A DNA stretch of 61,945 nt, filler included. It is 10 parts of 10 records of this genome, joined end to end, with 100 filler letters (N's around TTAATTAATTAA, not from the genome) between each part and the next. Parts side by side here need not be neighbours in the genome. Positions count along the whole stretch, not along the records: positions 37,250 to 45,585 come from SRR31156797_94603; positions 45,686 to 50,982 come from SRR31156797_94681; 8 more parts are not named here. One strand, written 5' to 3'. Below are positions 40,960 through 51,082 of this stretch, one piece after another (positions within the stretch are counted from its first letter, which is position 1; every line of letters starts with the position of its first letter). The translations under genes and the position numbers were made by a program. The notes under the pieces were generated by a model. That model saw nothing but the letters and a program-made list of their open reading frames with translations. It was not told the DNA's origin and did not search any database.

Positions 40960-41904
40960 CTAGACTGCGAAGAGTTCATCCGCCAATTCATCAAGTGTGG
41001 CGAAGTCTTTCAGAGGGAGCCGATCCGGAAGACTGGAGAAAACGTCCATCGACGAAGGATGTTGCACAAGACCATGAGCCTGCCGATAGAGGGCCATTCC
41101 CATCGCCTTTTGAGGAAAATCCTCGGCCATAGGCCAATCGCTGGCCTCAAGAAACTTGCGCAACAACGATTTTTCGCATTCGAACAGGTCCAGATGAAGT
41201 TTTGCCAGTTCGTAGTGGCGGTCGGTAATCATGGCATCGCCCCAGTCGATCACTCCCGATAACCGGCCTTCTTCAACGAATACATGACGCACCATCAGAT
41301 CGCTGTGAACGAATACCCGATCGAACGGTCCAAGCCGGACCAGGTAGTCGTCAATCTGGCCGATCAACCGAGGAGGCAGAGAACTTTTCTTGGCCGCCGC
41401 GACGACATCCATAACCAGCCAATCCTCGTGAGCGGCAACGTCAGATGGGTTCAAGCCGTGCAGGCGACCGATCTGCCGGCCGAGTTCCGCGGCCACGGAC
41501 AGCTTTTGTTTATTCGACAGAACGGCCTTCCGCCAGGAGACGCCCGGCATTCGGGTCGTAATCAAATAAGGCCACGCCGGGCCGCCGTTCCCGAATAGGC
41601 ACCCCAAAGCCAAAAGGTTCGGTGCGGCAATCCTACTGTCGACCAGAAGCGCCTCATAAGCGGCGCGTTCAGCCCGGTAGCTCTGTTGCCATTGTCCGAT
41701 ATGCCCGAACAATTTCAAGACGACGTCGCCGTAAAGAAAGGTCGGGTACGTCCCTCCGACGCCTGCAACCGTGTCACAATCGGTTTCGGTCAAGCTGTGA
41801 CGTTCCAATATGTCGGAAAGGTAAGGCCGCCAGAAATCGACATCCGCAAGGCGCCGGAAATAATCCTGGACAGACGTGAAAGTGGGAGGTGCGTTCATCG
41901 GCAT
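40960..41904 (-). CDS. Aminoglycoside-phosphotransferase-family kinase (hygromycin kinase-like)
   Basis: VVLKLFG, WPYLITTRMPG, VHSDL..RHVFV, GVIDWGDA; start uncertain. Confidence 0.8.
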   Translation of the reverse strand: MPMNAPPTFTSVQDYFRRLADVDFWRPYLSDILERHSLTETDCDTVAGVGGTYPTFLYGDVVLKLFGHIGQWQQSYRAERAAYEALLVDSRIAAPNLLALGCLFGNGGPAWPYLITTRMPGVSWRKAVLSNKQKLSVAAELGRQIGRLHGLNPSDVAAHEDWLVMDVVAAAKKSSLPPRLIGQIDDYLVRLGPFDRVFVHSDLMVRHVFVEEGRLSGVIDWGDAMITDRHYELAKLHLDLFECEKSLLRKFLEASDWPMAEDFPQKAMGMALYRQAHGLVQHPSSMDVFSSLPDRLPLKDFATLDELADELFAV

Positions 41905-41985
41905 GCATCTATCAGGACTTCGTTGCCGTCTGATGACCGATATTGTCGCGGATAGGCGCGATTCGATCATCCACAAATCCTCAAT

Positions 41986-42017
41986 AAAAAAAGGAGCGCC
42001 GCAACGACGCCCCTTTT
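41986..42017 (-). terminator. Rho-independent terminator after the M20 peptidase gene
   Basis: Minus strand AAAAGGGGCGTCG-TTG-CGGCGCTCC-TTTTTTT. Confidence 0.7.
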
Positions 42018-42033
42018 GTCCCGAAAGCCGCCC

Positions 42034-43164
42034 CTATTCGAGGGTCTCCAGCAGCCGGTAGAACAGGCTGGCCCTCGGCGCCAGAGAAGCGATGCTGAGA
42101 TGTTCGTTCATGGTGTGGGCGCCTTCGCCGGCAACGCCGAGGCCGTCCAGCGCCGGGGCAATGGGGCCTGCGAAGTTGGCGTCGCTGGCGCCGCCGGTCT
42201 GCGGCGCCGTGGATAAGTCGATGCCGAGCCCGGCGGCAACGGTGCGGGCATGTTCGAACAGGGCGACCCCGGCCGGCGTCTGTTCGTAGGGCGGGCGCTC
42301 GGCGCCGCCGGTGACTTCGATGGTGACGTCCGGATCGAAGGGTTTCAGGTTCATCAGCTTCGGAATCATCTCGTCGGCCAGGGCCTGGGTCGGTATCCGC
42401 ATGTCGACTTCGGCACTGGCGAATTCGGGAATGACGTTGGGCCGGGTGCCGCCGGAAATGACGCCGACGTTGACGGTCAGTCCCTTGTCGTAGTCGGTCA
42501 GTTCCTCGAGATAGAGGATCTGCCGGGCCAGTTCCTTGATGGCGCTGCGCCCTTCGGCGTGGCGCGAGCCGGAATGGGCCGGGCGCCCGTGAACCTTGAC
42601 GACACAGCGGGCCGTTCCCTTTCGCGTCGACACCACTTGGCCGTTGTCGCGGGCCGGTTCCAGGACAAGCACGTATTTGGCCTTTTTCGCCGCTTCGACG
42701 ATATAGTCGCGCGAGACGCGGCTGCTCATTTCCTCGTCGCTGTTGAACAGGAAGCGGATTGGCAAATTCGATTCCCTGCCCTGGCGAAGCAGGTTGCGAT
42801 AGGCGTAGAAACCGAGATAGGCGCCGCCCTTCATGTCGAAGATGCCGGGGCCGTATGCGTCATCGCCGTCAACGCGGAACGGCAGGCGTTCCAGCGTGCC
42901 GGTCGGATGGACCGTATCGAGATGGGCCAGGATCAGAATTCCCGGTCCGTCGCCGCCCCAGGGCGAGCGAACATTCAGACAATCGCCGAATCCACCTTTT
43001 CCGGGAATGCGCGACGTGATGGCGCCGAGTTCGGTAAAATCGGCCTCGACCTTTGATACGATCCTGTTCACGGCCTCCGGCTGGTCGGTCGGCGACTCGA
43101 TCTCGACCCATTGGCGAATTCCGTTCAGAATTTCCTGCGTATCGATCCCCGGAACGCTGGTCAT
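42034..43164 (-). CDS. M20 family metallopeptidase (glutamate carboxypeptidase-like)
   Basis: AHLDTV, GPGIFDMKGG, SDEE, LEP, GGASDANF, GAHT..EH; AGGAG RBS. Confidence 0.92.
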   Translation of the reverse strand: MTSVPGIDTQEILNGIRQWVEIESPTDQPEAVNRIVSKVEADFTELGAITSRIPGKGGFGDCLNVRSPWGGDGPGILILAHLDTVHPTGTLERLPFRVDGDDAYGPGIFDMKGGAYLGFYAYRNLLRQGRESNLPIRFLFNSDEEMSSRVSRDYIVEAAKKAKYVLVLEPARDNGQVVSTRKGTARCVVKVHGRPAHSGSRHAEGRSAIKELARQILYLEELTDYDKGLTVNVGVISGGTRPNVIPEFASAEVDMRIPTQALADEMIPKLMNLKPFDPDVTIEVTGGAERPPYEQTPAGVALFEHARTVAAGLGIDLSTAPQTGGASDANFAGPIAPALDGLGVAGEGAHTMNEHLSIASLAPRASLFYRLLETLE

Positions 43165-43213
43165 TTCCGTTTCTCCTGAAGTCAATTGGTGGATATGGGT
43201 CCGTCGCCGAAGT

Positions 43214-43462
43214 TCAGTGCTGAACCGCCTGGACACGATAGGCAACGATGGTTTCCTCGCCCAGAGCCTTCAGCGCCGACAAGCGATTGACCCCGTTGAC
43301 GAGGACATACCTTTTGCCATCGTGACGGACACGGATGGGTATGATCTTGCCCGTATCGATGAATTCCTCGGCGACGGTTTCGATTTTCGCATCGTCGATG
43401 TTTTTCGTGTTCTTGATTGGAACGTAGATCTCGTCGATCGGAACGTCGATGGTCTTCATCAT
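43214..43462 (-). CDS. Small stand-alone ParB/Srx N-terminal domain protein (82 aa)
   Basis: VPIDEIYVP, PIRVR, YVLVNGVNRLSALKALGEETI. Confidence 0.75.
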   Translation of the reverse strand: MMKTIDVPIDEIYVPIKNTKNIDDAKIETVAEEFIDTGKIIPIRVRHDGKRYVLVNGVNRLSALKALGEETIVAYRVQAVQH

Positions 43463-43524
43463 CGCTTTAAACCCATTGAAAGCCTGCCCCCCAAAATACC
43501 CTTGCGCCCGTTTCAATCAAGCGT

Positions 43525-43962
43525 TCAAGCCATCGGATTCAGCTTGTGCGGCGCAAAACGTTTCAGGAAAAAGCGCTTCAGCGGCGGATTGCCGGCGGCA
43601 AAATGGTCGATCCCATCGATCGACCGCCGAAAGACAAAACCGCCGCCTTCCAGCCGTTCGATTTCGGCCATCACCTCGGCTTCGTCCACGCCAACAAGGG
43701 TGGCGATGTCGGCCAGGCACAAATCGGTCGGGCAAACGGCGGCGAAGATCTTGACCGTGGTCGTGCCGCCGAAACGTCCCAAAGTCGCGGCAAGGGCATC
43801 CGCCGCCGCATCCGACAACAAGATGGTTTCCTGCGCCTTTTCAAACGCGCCGCTTTCGAAGGCGAGCAGCACGGCATCGCTTTCGCCCAGGCCTTTCCGG
43901 GCCTCGGCGACAGCGTCGGCCGTCAAAGAGCGGGGGGGCGGATCATTCGGGTTTTCGGACAT
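43525..43962 (-). CDS. Divergent ArsR/CadC-like winged-helix protein
   Basis: TTVKIFAAV...DLCLADIATLVGVDEAEV...L...GFV mirrors the ArsR pattern TRLKIL..L...ELCVCDLA. Confidence 0.5.
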   Translation of the reverse strand: MSENPNDPPPRSLTADAVAEARKGLGESDAVLLAFESGAFEKAQETILLSDAAADALAATLGRFGGTTTVKIFAAVCPTDLCLADIATLVGVDEAEVMAEIERLEGGGFVFRRSIDGIDHFAAGNPPLKRFFLKRFAPHKLNPMA

Positions 43963-43977
43963 GGAATTCAATCACCA

Positions 43978-45585
43978 TCATGTGGCGGCAAGCGTTTCAA
44001 TAACATCGCCGGCCGGATTCAGCCCAAGCATGTGGCGACGGTGCCAAAGCGCGTAGAACAGCAATGTCCAGGCCGCCTTTCCGTGCTTGGCGCCGCCTCG
44101 GCGGAACAGGGCTTCGACCGCCCCGGTCGAACAGATCTCGGCAATGCCGGGCTGCGCCGCCATCAGGGGCCCAAGGATTTCGCCCTTGGAAGCGATCCAT
44201 TCGCCGACCGGAACCGTAAAGCCGCGCTTTCGCGAATAGGGACGCGATTTCGGCATGCCGGTTTCCAGCCAGCGGCGCAGCACCCATTTTCCAAGGCCGC
44301 GGCGCAGTTTCAAGTTGTCGGGCAGACAGAAGGCGAATTTGGCCACCTCGCGATCGAGGAACGGCACCCTTCCTTCGACGCCATGGGCCATCAGGCAGCG
44401 ATCGAGCTTGCCAAGAAGATCGTTTGGCAGCCAATCGGCGCAATCGATGGCCTGTAGCGTTTGAAGGCGCGTCAGCCCGCCGGCGGAATGCGCCTGCTCG
44501 GCCGCTTCGATGCCGTTGCGCCATTGACGGGCAGAATCTTTCTGCCGCAGCACCCCGAGGCCTTCCAGTATCCCCTTGCGCCGCATCGGCCGCGCCAAAG
44601 GCCAATTGCGGATACCGGTTCGATAGCGTCCGTAACCGGCAAAAAGCTCGTCGCCGCCTTCGCCGCTAAGAACAACCTTAAGGCCGTCCTCTTTCGCCGC
44701 CCGGGCCAGCTTGTAGGTCGGCAACACGGCGTAGTCGGCGGCCGGATCGTCCATGGCCGCGGCGACTTCCGGCAACAGCGCCCAGAAATCGGCCTCGCCG
44801 AACTCCACTTCGATCGCATCGGCGCCGACGGCGGCGGCGGCGGCCTTGGCATGTTCGCGTTCGTCTAGGGCCTGGGTTTGCGGAAACCAGGCGGTGAAGG
44901 CACGAACCGGCCGTTCGTTGAGGCGCGCCATCAAGGCCAGCAGCGCCGACGAATCGATGCCGCCGGACAGGAACATGCCATAGGGCACGTCGGACCGCTG
45001 GTGGATGTTGACGCTGTCGGTCAGGACGTCGTCGAGATCGGTAAGGGTATCGCTTGCATTGCCCTTTTTCGGCGGTTCGGCCGGAAGCGCGGCGATACGT
45101 GCGATCGAAACCACCCGCCCGTCTTCGACGATCAGGGTTTCGCCAGGAAGGACACGGCGAATGCCCTCGAACACGGTATCGGGGCCGGTCGTGAATTGAA
45201 GCTGCAGCAATTCGTCGCGGGCCGGGACGTGCAGGTCTGGGCTGACCAGGCCGGCGGCAACCAGCGCCTGCGGTTCCGAGGCAAACGCGAAGCCGAAGGC
45301 GCCCTCGGCATAATACAGCGGCTTGATGCCGAACGGATCGCGCGAAATTACCAGACGTTTATTGACGATGTCGTGGATCGCGATGGCATACATACCGCGC
45401 AGTTTCGACGCGTAATCGACGCCCTTCTGCCGATAAAGATGCAGCGGCGGTTCGCAGTCGGACTTGGTTTTGAAACGGCCTTCGCCCAGTTTGGCGCGCA
45501 GTTCGACATAGTTGTAGATCTCGCCGTTGGCGACCAGGGCCAGATCGGTTCCGTCGTCGTCTTCGAGGAACAGCGGCTGGTCGCC
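43978..45585 (-). CDS. asnB: Asparagine synthase (glutamine-hydrolysing) family amidotransferase (5' truncated)
   Basis: GDQPL, ANGEIYNY.ELR, RDPFGIKPLYY, FLSGGIDSS, SGEGGDELFAGY, E.RVPFLD; frame open to the contig edge. Confidence 0.9.
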   Translation of the reverse strand, partial: GDQPLFLEDDDGTDLALVANGEIYNYVELRAKLGEGRFKTKSDCEPPLHLYRQKGVDYASKLRGMYAIAIHDIVNKRLVISRDPFGIKPLYYAEGAFGFAFASEPQALVAAGLVSPDLHVPARDELLQLQFTTGPDTVFEGIRRVLPGETLIVEDGRVVSIARIAALPAEPPKKGNASDTLTDLDDVLTDSVNIHQRSDVPYGMFLSGGIDSSALLALMARLNERPVRAFTAWFPQTQALDEREHAKAAAAAVGADAIEVEFGEADFWALLPEVAAAMDDPAADYAVLPTYKLARAAKEDGLKVVLSGEGGDELFAGYGRYRTGIRNWPLARPMRRKGILEGLGVLRQKDSARQWRNGIEAAEQAHSAGGLTRLQTLQAIDCADWLPNDLLGKLDRCLMAHGVEGRVPFLDREVAKFAFCLPDNLKLRRGLGKWVLRRWLETGMPKSRPYSRKRGFTVPVGEWIASKGEILGPLMAAQPGIAEICSTGAVEALFRRGGAKHGKAAWTLLFYALWHRRHMLGLNPAGDVIETLAAT

Positions 45586-45685
45586 NNNNNNNNNNNNNNN
45601 NNNNNNNNNNNNNNNNNNNNNNNNNNNNNTTAATTAATTAANNNNNNNNNNNNNNNNNNNNNNNNNNNNNNNNNNNNNNNNNNNN
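45586..45685. other. Artificial contig spacer
   Basis: N44-TTAATTAATTAA-N44. Confidence 0.98.
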
Positions 45686-46199
45686 TAGTGTTGATCTTTT
45701 TATTGAACCATCCGCCCATCTGCACGCCGGTCGACCCGCCGGGTTTGGGCACGAGGTTAAAGGGCGCGTATGTCTCTTCCCACAGCTTTAGTCCGTCTCC
45801 ATAATGGAACCAGGCGGACATGCCCTGGGCGTTAAGACCGAAAGGAACCGCGGCAAACCATTGGGCGGCAGGCGCTTTTCCGGCCCAGTAATAAGAGGCG
45901 CCGCTGCCGACTTCCACCGTTCCGTTGGAGACGGCGTCAAAGATGCCCATGGCCGGCACAAGTTCTCCGGCGGCAAAAACCTGGATGTTTATGCGGCCGT
46001 CGCTGAGTTCCTTGATGCGTTTGGCCAAACGTTCGCATCCGGTTTGCAAAACAGGCAGTTTGGGAGGCCATGTAGTGACCATTTTCCAATTATAGGTCTT
46101 TTTGGCAATGACCGCGGGCGCCTTTACCGTGGTTGCGGCAACAGCGGCAGCGGTTCCCACTCCAGCCTTTTTCAGAAAATCGCGTCTCTTCATCATCAT
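45686..46199 (-). CDS. dctP: TRAP substrate-binding protein (DctP/TakP-like, Tat signal; 3' truncated)
   Basis: KRRDFLK Tat motif, WKMVTTWP, AGELVP, YYWAGK, VPFGL, GVQMGGWFNK. Confidence 0.9.
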
Positions 46200-46383
46200 C
46201 CTCCTGTTGTTGCTTTGTTTTTTACAGAGTTACGGCTAAAACCGGTTCTTCTATTACGATTCGTCGTTTTATTTGAATGTAATAAAACAGGCGATTCGAT
46301 TGCGTAAAACAATAGCGGGATGCGCGGCCTGATCCTTTCAGCGCATTTAACAGATGGCAATTTATCTGGTTGATAACAGATAT

Positions 46384-46411
46384 ATTTTAACTCTCTCTCA
46401 AATCCTGTCAA
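46384..46411 (-). promoter_or_regulatory. Sigma70-like promoter for dctP
   Basis: Minus strand TTGACA-16-TAAAAT in the dctM-dctP gap. Confidence 0.55.
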
Positions 46412-46584
46412 CCCCGCCGGCCCCCTTTTAATGGTCCTTATGAATAAAACAGGACGCAACCGCCGGCGTTGTTTGAACCAACGTCAAGTTGCTATAAAAG
46501 AACATTTTATTTACGTTATATTCGGCTACTGTTGATATAAAATCTTACCTTACACAACAAGCTTTCCAAGAAAGCCTATAAACA

Positions 46585-47910
46585 TCATTGACCGAAAACA
46601 ACTTTAGGCAGCCAGGTCGCCAGTTGCGGAAAAAACACGACAATGGACAAGCCTATCAATTGAAAGAGCACAAATGGAATGATGCCCCTGTAAATATGCC
46701 CGGTGGTTATTTCCGGAGGCGTCACCGCTTTCAGGTAGAATAGCGAGAAGCCGAATGGGGGCGTCATAAAAGAAGTCTGTAGATTTACGGCCAGTAAAAT
46801 ACAGAACCAGACCGGATCATAACCGAATTCCAGCATGATCGGAGCAAGCACCGGCACATGGATGAAAGTGATTTCTATAAAATCCAGGAAAAAGCCGATT
46901 ACAAAAATCAGCCCCATGACAATGGCCAGGACCATACCCCGGCTATATTGTTCGGCCAGTCCGCCCAGGAAGTTCCTGACCAGCTCATCGCCGCCCAATC
47001 CCCTGAAAACAAGGCCGAAGGCGGCGGCGCCGCAAAGAATAATGAAAACCATGCAAGTAAGGCGGACCGTGGAAATCATGACTTCATTGAGCATTTGCAT
47101 GTTGAATTTTTTGTTGGCTACAGTCAGCAAGGTAGCGCCCACCGCTCCCACGGCGGCCGCTTCCGTCGGCGAGGCAATACCGGCGAAAATCGAACCTAAA
47201 ACCGCGACCATAAGGAAAAGCGGCGGGAACAACGCCTTGCCGGCTCTTTTGAGTAATTCCTTTCTGGTGATCGCGGCCAATTCTTCTTTTGGTATGGCCG
47301 GGGCAATGCCGGGCCTGAGATATGCGGCGAGTAAAATATATATTATGTATAATCCTACTAGAACCAATCCCGGCAGAACGGCTCCCATAAAAAGATCGCC
47401 AACGGAAACACCGACAATGTCGCCGATAAGAACCAGAACAATACTGGGCGGTATAATCTGGCCCAGAGTTCCTGATGCTGAAACCGTACCTGTGGCTATT
47501 TCCTTCTGGTAACCTCGCCTCAGCATGGTCGGCACAGCCAAAAGCCCCATGGTAACCACTGTTGCGCCCACTATGCCTGTTGACGCCCCGAGCAGAGCCC
47601 CGACCACGACGACGGATATGGCCAGGCCTCCCCGGATTCTGCCGAACAGAACCCCCATTGTGTCCAGCAGTTCCTCGGCAAGCCCGGACCGTTCCAGCAT
47701 AACGCCCATAAAAACGAAAAGTGGAACAGCAATAAGGGTGACGTTGGTCATACGCCCGTAAATTCTAAGGGGAAGCAGATCGAAAAAAGACCAGCCAAAA
47801 CCAATAAGACCAAAAACCAGGGACGTACCCAACAGGGTGAAAGCCACCGGGAATCCGATCATAAGAAGAATTGTCAGGGCGAGGAACATCCATGCTGCCA
47901 AGTATTCCAT
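46585..47910 (-). CDS. dctM: TRAP large permease DctM
   Basis: GFPVAF, AVPLFVFMG, GTLGQIIPPS, TPPFGFSLFYL. Confidence 0.93.
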   Translation of the reverse strand: MEYLAAWMFLALTILLMIGFPVAFTLLGTSLVFGLIGFGWSFFDLLPLRIYGRMTNVTLIAVPLFVFMGVMLERSGLAEELLDTMGVLFGRIRGGLAISVVVVGALLGASTGIVGATVVTMGLLAVPTMLRRGYQKEIATGTVSASGTLGQIIPPSIVLVLIGDIVGVSVGDLFMGAVLPGLVLVGLYIIYILLAAYLRPGIAPAIPKEELAAITRKELLKRAGKALFPPLFLMVAVLGSIFAGIASPTEAAAVGAVGATLLTVANKKFNMQMLNEVMISTVRLTCMVFIILCGAAAFGLVFRGLGGDELVRNFLGGLAEQYSRGMVLAIVMGLIFVIGFFLDFIEITFIHVPVLAPIMLEFGYDPVWFCILLAVNLQTSFMTPPFGFSLFYLKAVTPPEITTGHIYRGIIPFVLFQLIGLSIVVFFPQLATWLPKVVFGQ

Positions 47911-48440
47911 CAGGATTTATTCTCCTCTACGGTCTCAAGTCCCAATATCTGCAATAAACTATGGATTCCCAGTGACACGGATTGCAATAGCAGCAAGGCG
48001 AAGCCGGCCGGAATGGCGCCTTTTATAATAAACCTGAACGGAATTCCTCCGGGGTCCGGCGACCCTTCCATGACCGACCAGGCATTGGCTACAAATTTCC
48101 ATGAGGTGACGATCACCATGAGGCATCCGGGGATGGCAAAGAAAAGGACGCCGATGAGATTGATCCAGGCCTTGCCCTTGGGCCCGAGCCTTTGATAGAT
48201 GATGTCCACCCTGACGTGGGCGTCGTGAAGCAGTGTATATCCCGAACCAATCAGGAAAATAAAGGCAAACAAATGCCATTCCAGTTCCTGGGTGAAAACA
48301 AAACTTATATTGAGAGCATAACGCATCACAACATCGACAAAGACCACCAGAACCAGGCCGAGGGTGACCCAGGCGACGCCTCTGCCGACATACTCGTTTA
48401 GCTTGTCGATGGCGCCGCTTAACTTTTGAAGAAATTTCAT
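47910..48440 (-). CDS. dctQ: TRAP small permease DctQ
   Basis: VVMRY, QELEWHL, HVRVDIIY, EGSPDPGG. Confidence 0.92.
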   Translation of the reverse strand: MKFLQKLSGAIDKLNEYVGRGVAWVTLGLVLVVFVDVVMRYALNISFVFTQELEWHLFAFIFLIGSGYTLLHDAHVRVDIIYQRLGPKGKAWINLIGVLFFAIPGCLMVIVTSWKFVANAWSVMEGSPDPGGIPFRFIIKGAIPAGFALLLLQSVSLGIHSLLQILGLETVEENKS

Positions 48441-48754
48441 TGGCAGTAATCCACCTTTTGAAAAAGCGTAAATAATATTTACGCCCGGGTACGGATAACG
48501 GAGCGTACTCGGACTAATGGCAGGTTAAGTTGAAAATTACTGTCCGTTTTCCAGCTTCAGGAGTCAATTTTTATGATATTCAAGTATTTCTATAATAACA
48601 ACGGGCAAAGGGTTGAGCAAGAAGGAAACGCTTTTTTTTAGAGAAAAAAGATAACCCCTGTCTGTATTAAGGATCCTTGCAATGGTCGGCGGGCGCCAAT
48701 ATAACTGCACTCAAGGCAATATAAAACAGTCTCAAATTTTAAGTTGTTTTCAGA

Positions 48755-49291
48755 CTATTTTGAAATAATAAGATTAAACGCAGTAAGGGCCGCAGGGATC
48801 AGGGCCCTGATCATGGCTTCGCCGTCTATGTCCTTCCGCCGGACGAACTCTTCGTAATCGTAATGATTCGGGGACAAATGTGGAAAATGCGGTTTGAAAT
48901 CAGTTTTTATTGTTTTGTAATCAAGTATTAATTCCACCAGGGGATATTTTTCGGCCGCGAATCCTTCAACCCAGTCAAGTCTTTTCAGGCATTCCCAGCG
49001 TATCTGGTCAATCAGGAACAAGGCCAGGTCCAGCACTTTCATTTTATCCCTGCCGGCCAAATGATCGAACTTGGCGCCTGGTCCCAGGTCCAGAATTCCC
49101 ATGATCAGGTCATATATCACGGCCATGACTTCTTCGCGTCCCTGGGCCAACTGCAGTATTGTATTGTCGCTCAGGTCGCCAAGGTAGGTATTGGCGGCCA
49201 GTTCTTCCGGAAAATGATTCTTCCAGAGTTTTCGGGCGCGTCTGACGGCCTTGGTATGAGAATATTCTTTTATGTCGACGACGTTTTGCAT
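48755..49291 (-). CDS. Hypothetical protein
   Basis: 178-aa ORF with GGAG RBS; LFLIDQIRWEC.KRL.W block. Confidence 0.7.
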   Translation of the reverse strand: MQNVVDIKEYSHTKAVRRARKLWKNHFPEELAANTYLGDLSDNTILQLAQGREEVMAVIYDLIMGILDLGPGAKFDHLAGRDKMKVLDLALFLIDQIRWECLKRLDWVEGFAAEKYPLVELILDYKTIKTDFKPHFPHLSPNHYDYEEFVRRKDIDGEAMIRALIPAALTAFNLIISK

Positions 49292-49442
49292 CCATTGCTC
49301 CCAAAAGATAAAACAAGCTTATTGACGAAAAGCCCGATCGCCCGATTATTATAGCACATCCAAACAGACTGAACGCAAGTAAGGTGAAATTGACGACCAG
49401 TAAAAACTTGAATAGCTTAAAAACTTGGGATATAAAACAGTC

Positions 49443-49988
49443 ATGCCGGGAGGACGACCTAAAAAATATTTTAATTCGGATGAGTTGGCGATTGTAGATC
49501 AAGCATCGGCCGTGTCCGAGGATGTTATCAGCAACTGGTTCCAGCTAACGATATCATCATGGAAAAAATACCGTTACGATATCAGGACGCTGCGGAATCT
49601 TGAGCCTAACGAGGTAGTTACAGAAGTATTTGCCCAGATATTGAGATACAGCAGGCCGTCGCCGCCCGACGGTATGAGGGAAGGCGATTTTTATCGAATC
49701 TGTATTCAGGACCACAATATTCTAAAAGCGCTCAGGCGCGAACCTGAACTGGAGTTGCTTCCTCTTCTTGTGTACGTCATCACCCACGAACTTGTCCATA
49801 TAGTTCGGTTTTACAAATTTTTTCAGTTTTTTCATGCAGATGAAGAACAAAGAGCAACCGAGGAAATTCGCGTTCATAAACTGACCTATGAATTGCTGCT
49901 GGACGTAAGCGTGCCGAAAATGGACACAATTTTTAATTTTTATCATGATCACAGAGAGTTTGGAAGTTCGCACGAACTGGCGCCTTAG
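49443..49988 (+). CDS. Hypothetical protein with HExxH zinc-metallopeptidase-like motif
   Basis: YVITHELVHIVRF followed by EEIRVH; start uncertain. Confidence 0.7.
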   Translation: MPGGRPKKYFNSDELAIVDQASAVSEDVISNWFQLTISSWKKYRYDIRTLRNLEPNEVVTEVFAQILRYSRPSPPDGMREGDFYRICIQDHNILKALRREPELELLPLLVYVITHELVHIVRFYKFFQFFHADEEQRATEEIRVHKLTYELLLDVSVPKMDTIFNFYHDHREFGSSHELAP

Positions 49989-50115
49989 TTTGGAATTACC
50001 AAGAATAAGTAAAACAACTTTGTGACTATATGAAAAAAAAGTCTAAATAATCTTGACAAGATTGATAAAGTGGTTATTTTTAGGCTCGATAGCAGCATTT
50101 TGGAGGTGAGGCGTC

Positions 50116-50394
50116 ATGCCCATTTATGAATATGAATGTAAATCTTGTGGTCAGATAACAGAAGCAATACAAAAAATGTCAGACAAACCCTTGCGAAAGT
50201 GCCCTAATTGCGGCGGCAAGGTCGGCAAACTTATGAGTATGAATACTTTCCATCTCAAAGGTTCAGGCTGGTATGTGACTGACTATGCAGGCAAAAATGC
50301 ATCAACAGGCAAATCGTCTGAAAAAGCCGAGAAAAAAACGGAAACCAAGAGCAGCGACTCCTCATCCGACAAGTCCAAGCCCAAAAGCGACTGA
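50116..50394 (+). CDS. FmdB-family zinc-ribbon protein
   Basis: MPIYEYECKSCG...CPNCGG, FHLKGSGWYVTDY. Confidence 0.92.
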   Translation: MPIYEYECKSCGQITEAIQKMSDKPLRKCPNCGGKVGKLMSMNTFHLKGSGWYVTDYAGKNASTGKSSEKAEKKTETKSSDSSSDKSKPKSD

Positions 50395-50417
50395 TAAATA
50401 TATACCGATTATTAATT

Positions 50418-50442
50418 AAGCAGCCATACCGGCTGCTTTTTT
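50418..50442 (+). terminator. Rho-independent terminator
   Basis: AAGCAGCC-ATACC-GGCTGCTT followed by a T-run. Confidence 0.7.
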
Positions 50443-50472
50443 ACTTTTTATGATGGAGCGGGGTAAAAAGTT

Positions 50473-50982
50473 TTGCATCAATTGATTTCACAGGCGGCCG
50501 ATATTGCCTTGTCCGAAGAAGGCCTGAGCCATAACCAGGCCCTGGAGTTGATGGCTATTGAAAAACAGGAAGATTTAATAAACCTGACGGCCGCGGCCAA
50601 CTCTGTCAGGCAACGATTTCATGGCAATAAAATTGAATTATGCTCCATCATCAACGCCCGTTCCGGACGCTGTTCCGAGGACTGTACTTTTTGCGCCCAG
50701 TCTTCACACAATGAAGCCGAAGTTGATGTATATCCTTTAATGGACCGCACCCGTATTCTGGATGCCGCACAGCAGGCCAGAGACATCGGGGTCAGCCGCT
50801 TTTCCATAGTGACCAGCGGCAAAGGCGCCAAGGCCGACAAGGAATTGGATCAAATCGCCGAGACAATTGAAGGCATTAAAAAACTTGGTTTGTCGCCTTG
50901 CGCATCCCTGGGAATTTTAACGCCGGAAGCGGCGGTTATACTAAGAAACGCCGGCCTGGTTTCCTATCATCACAATCTGGAA
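50473..50982 (+). CDS. bioB: Biotin synthase, N-terminal part (3' truncated)
   Basis: LCSIINARSGRCSEDCTFCAQS radical SAM motif, CASLG, YHHNLE. Confidence 0.93.
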
Positions 50983-51082
50983 NNNNNNNNNNNNNNNNNN
51001 NNNNNNNNNNNNNNNNNNNNNNNNNNTTAATTAATTAANNNNNNNNNNNNNNNNNNNNNNNNNNNNNNNNNNNNNNNNNNNN
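50983..51082. other. Artificial contig spacer
   Basis: N44-TTAATTAATTAA-N44. Confidence 0.98.
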
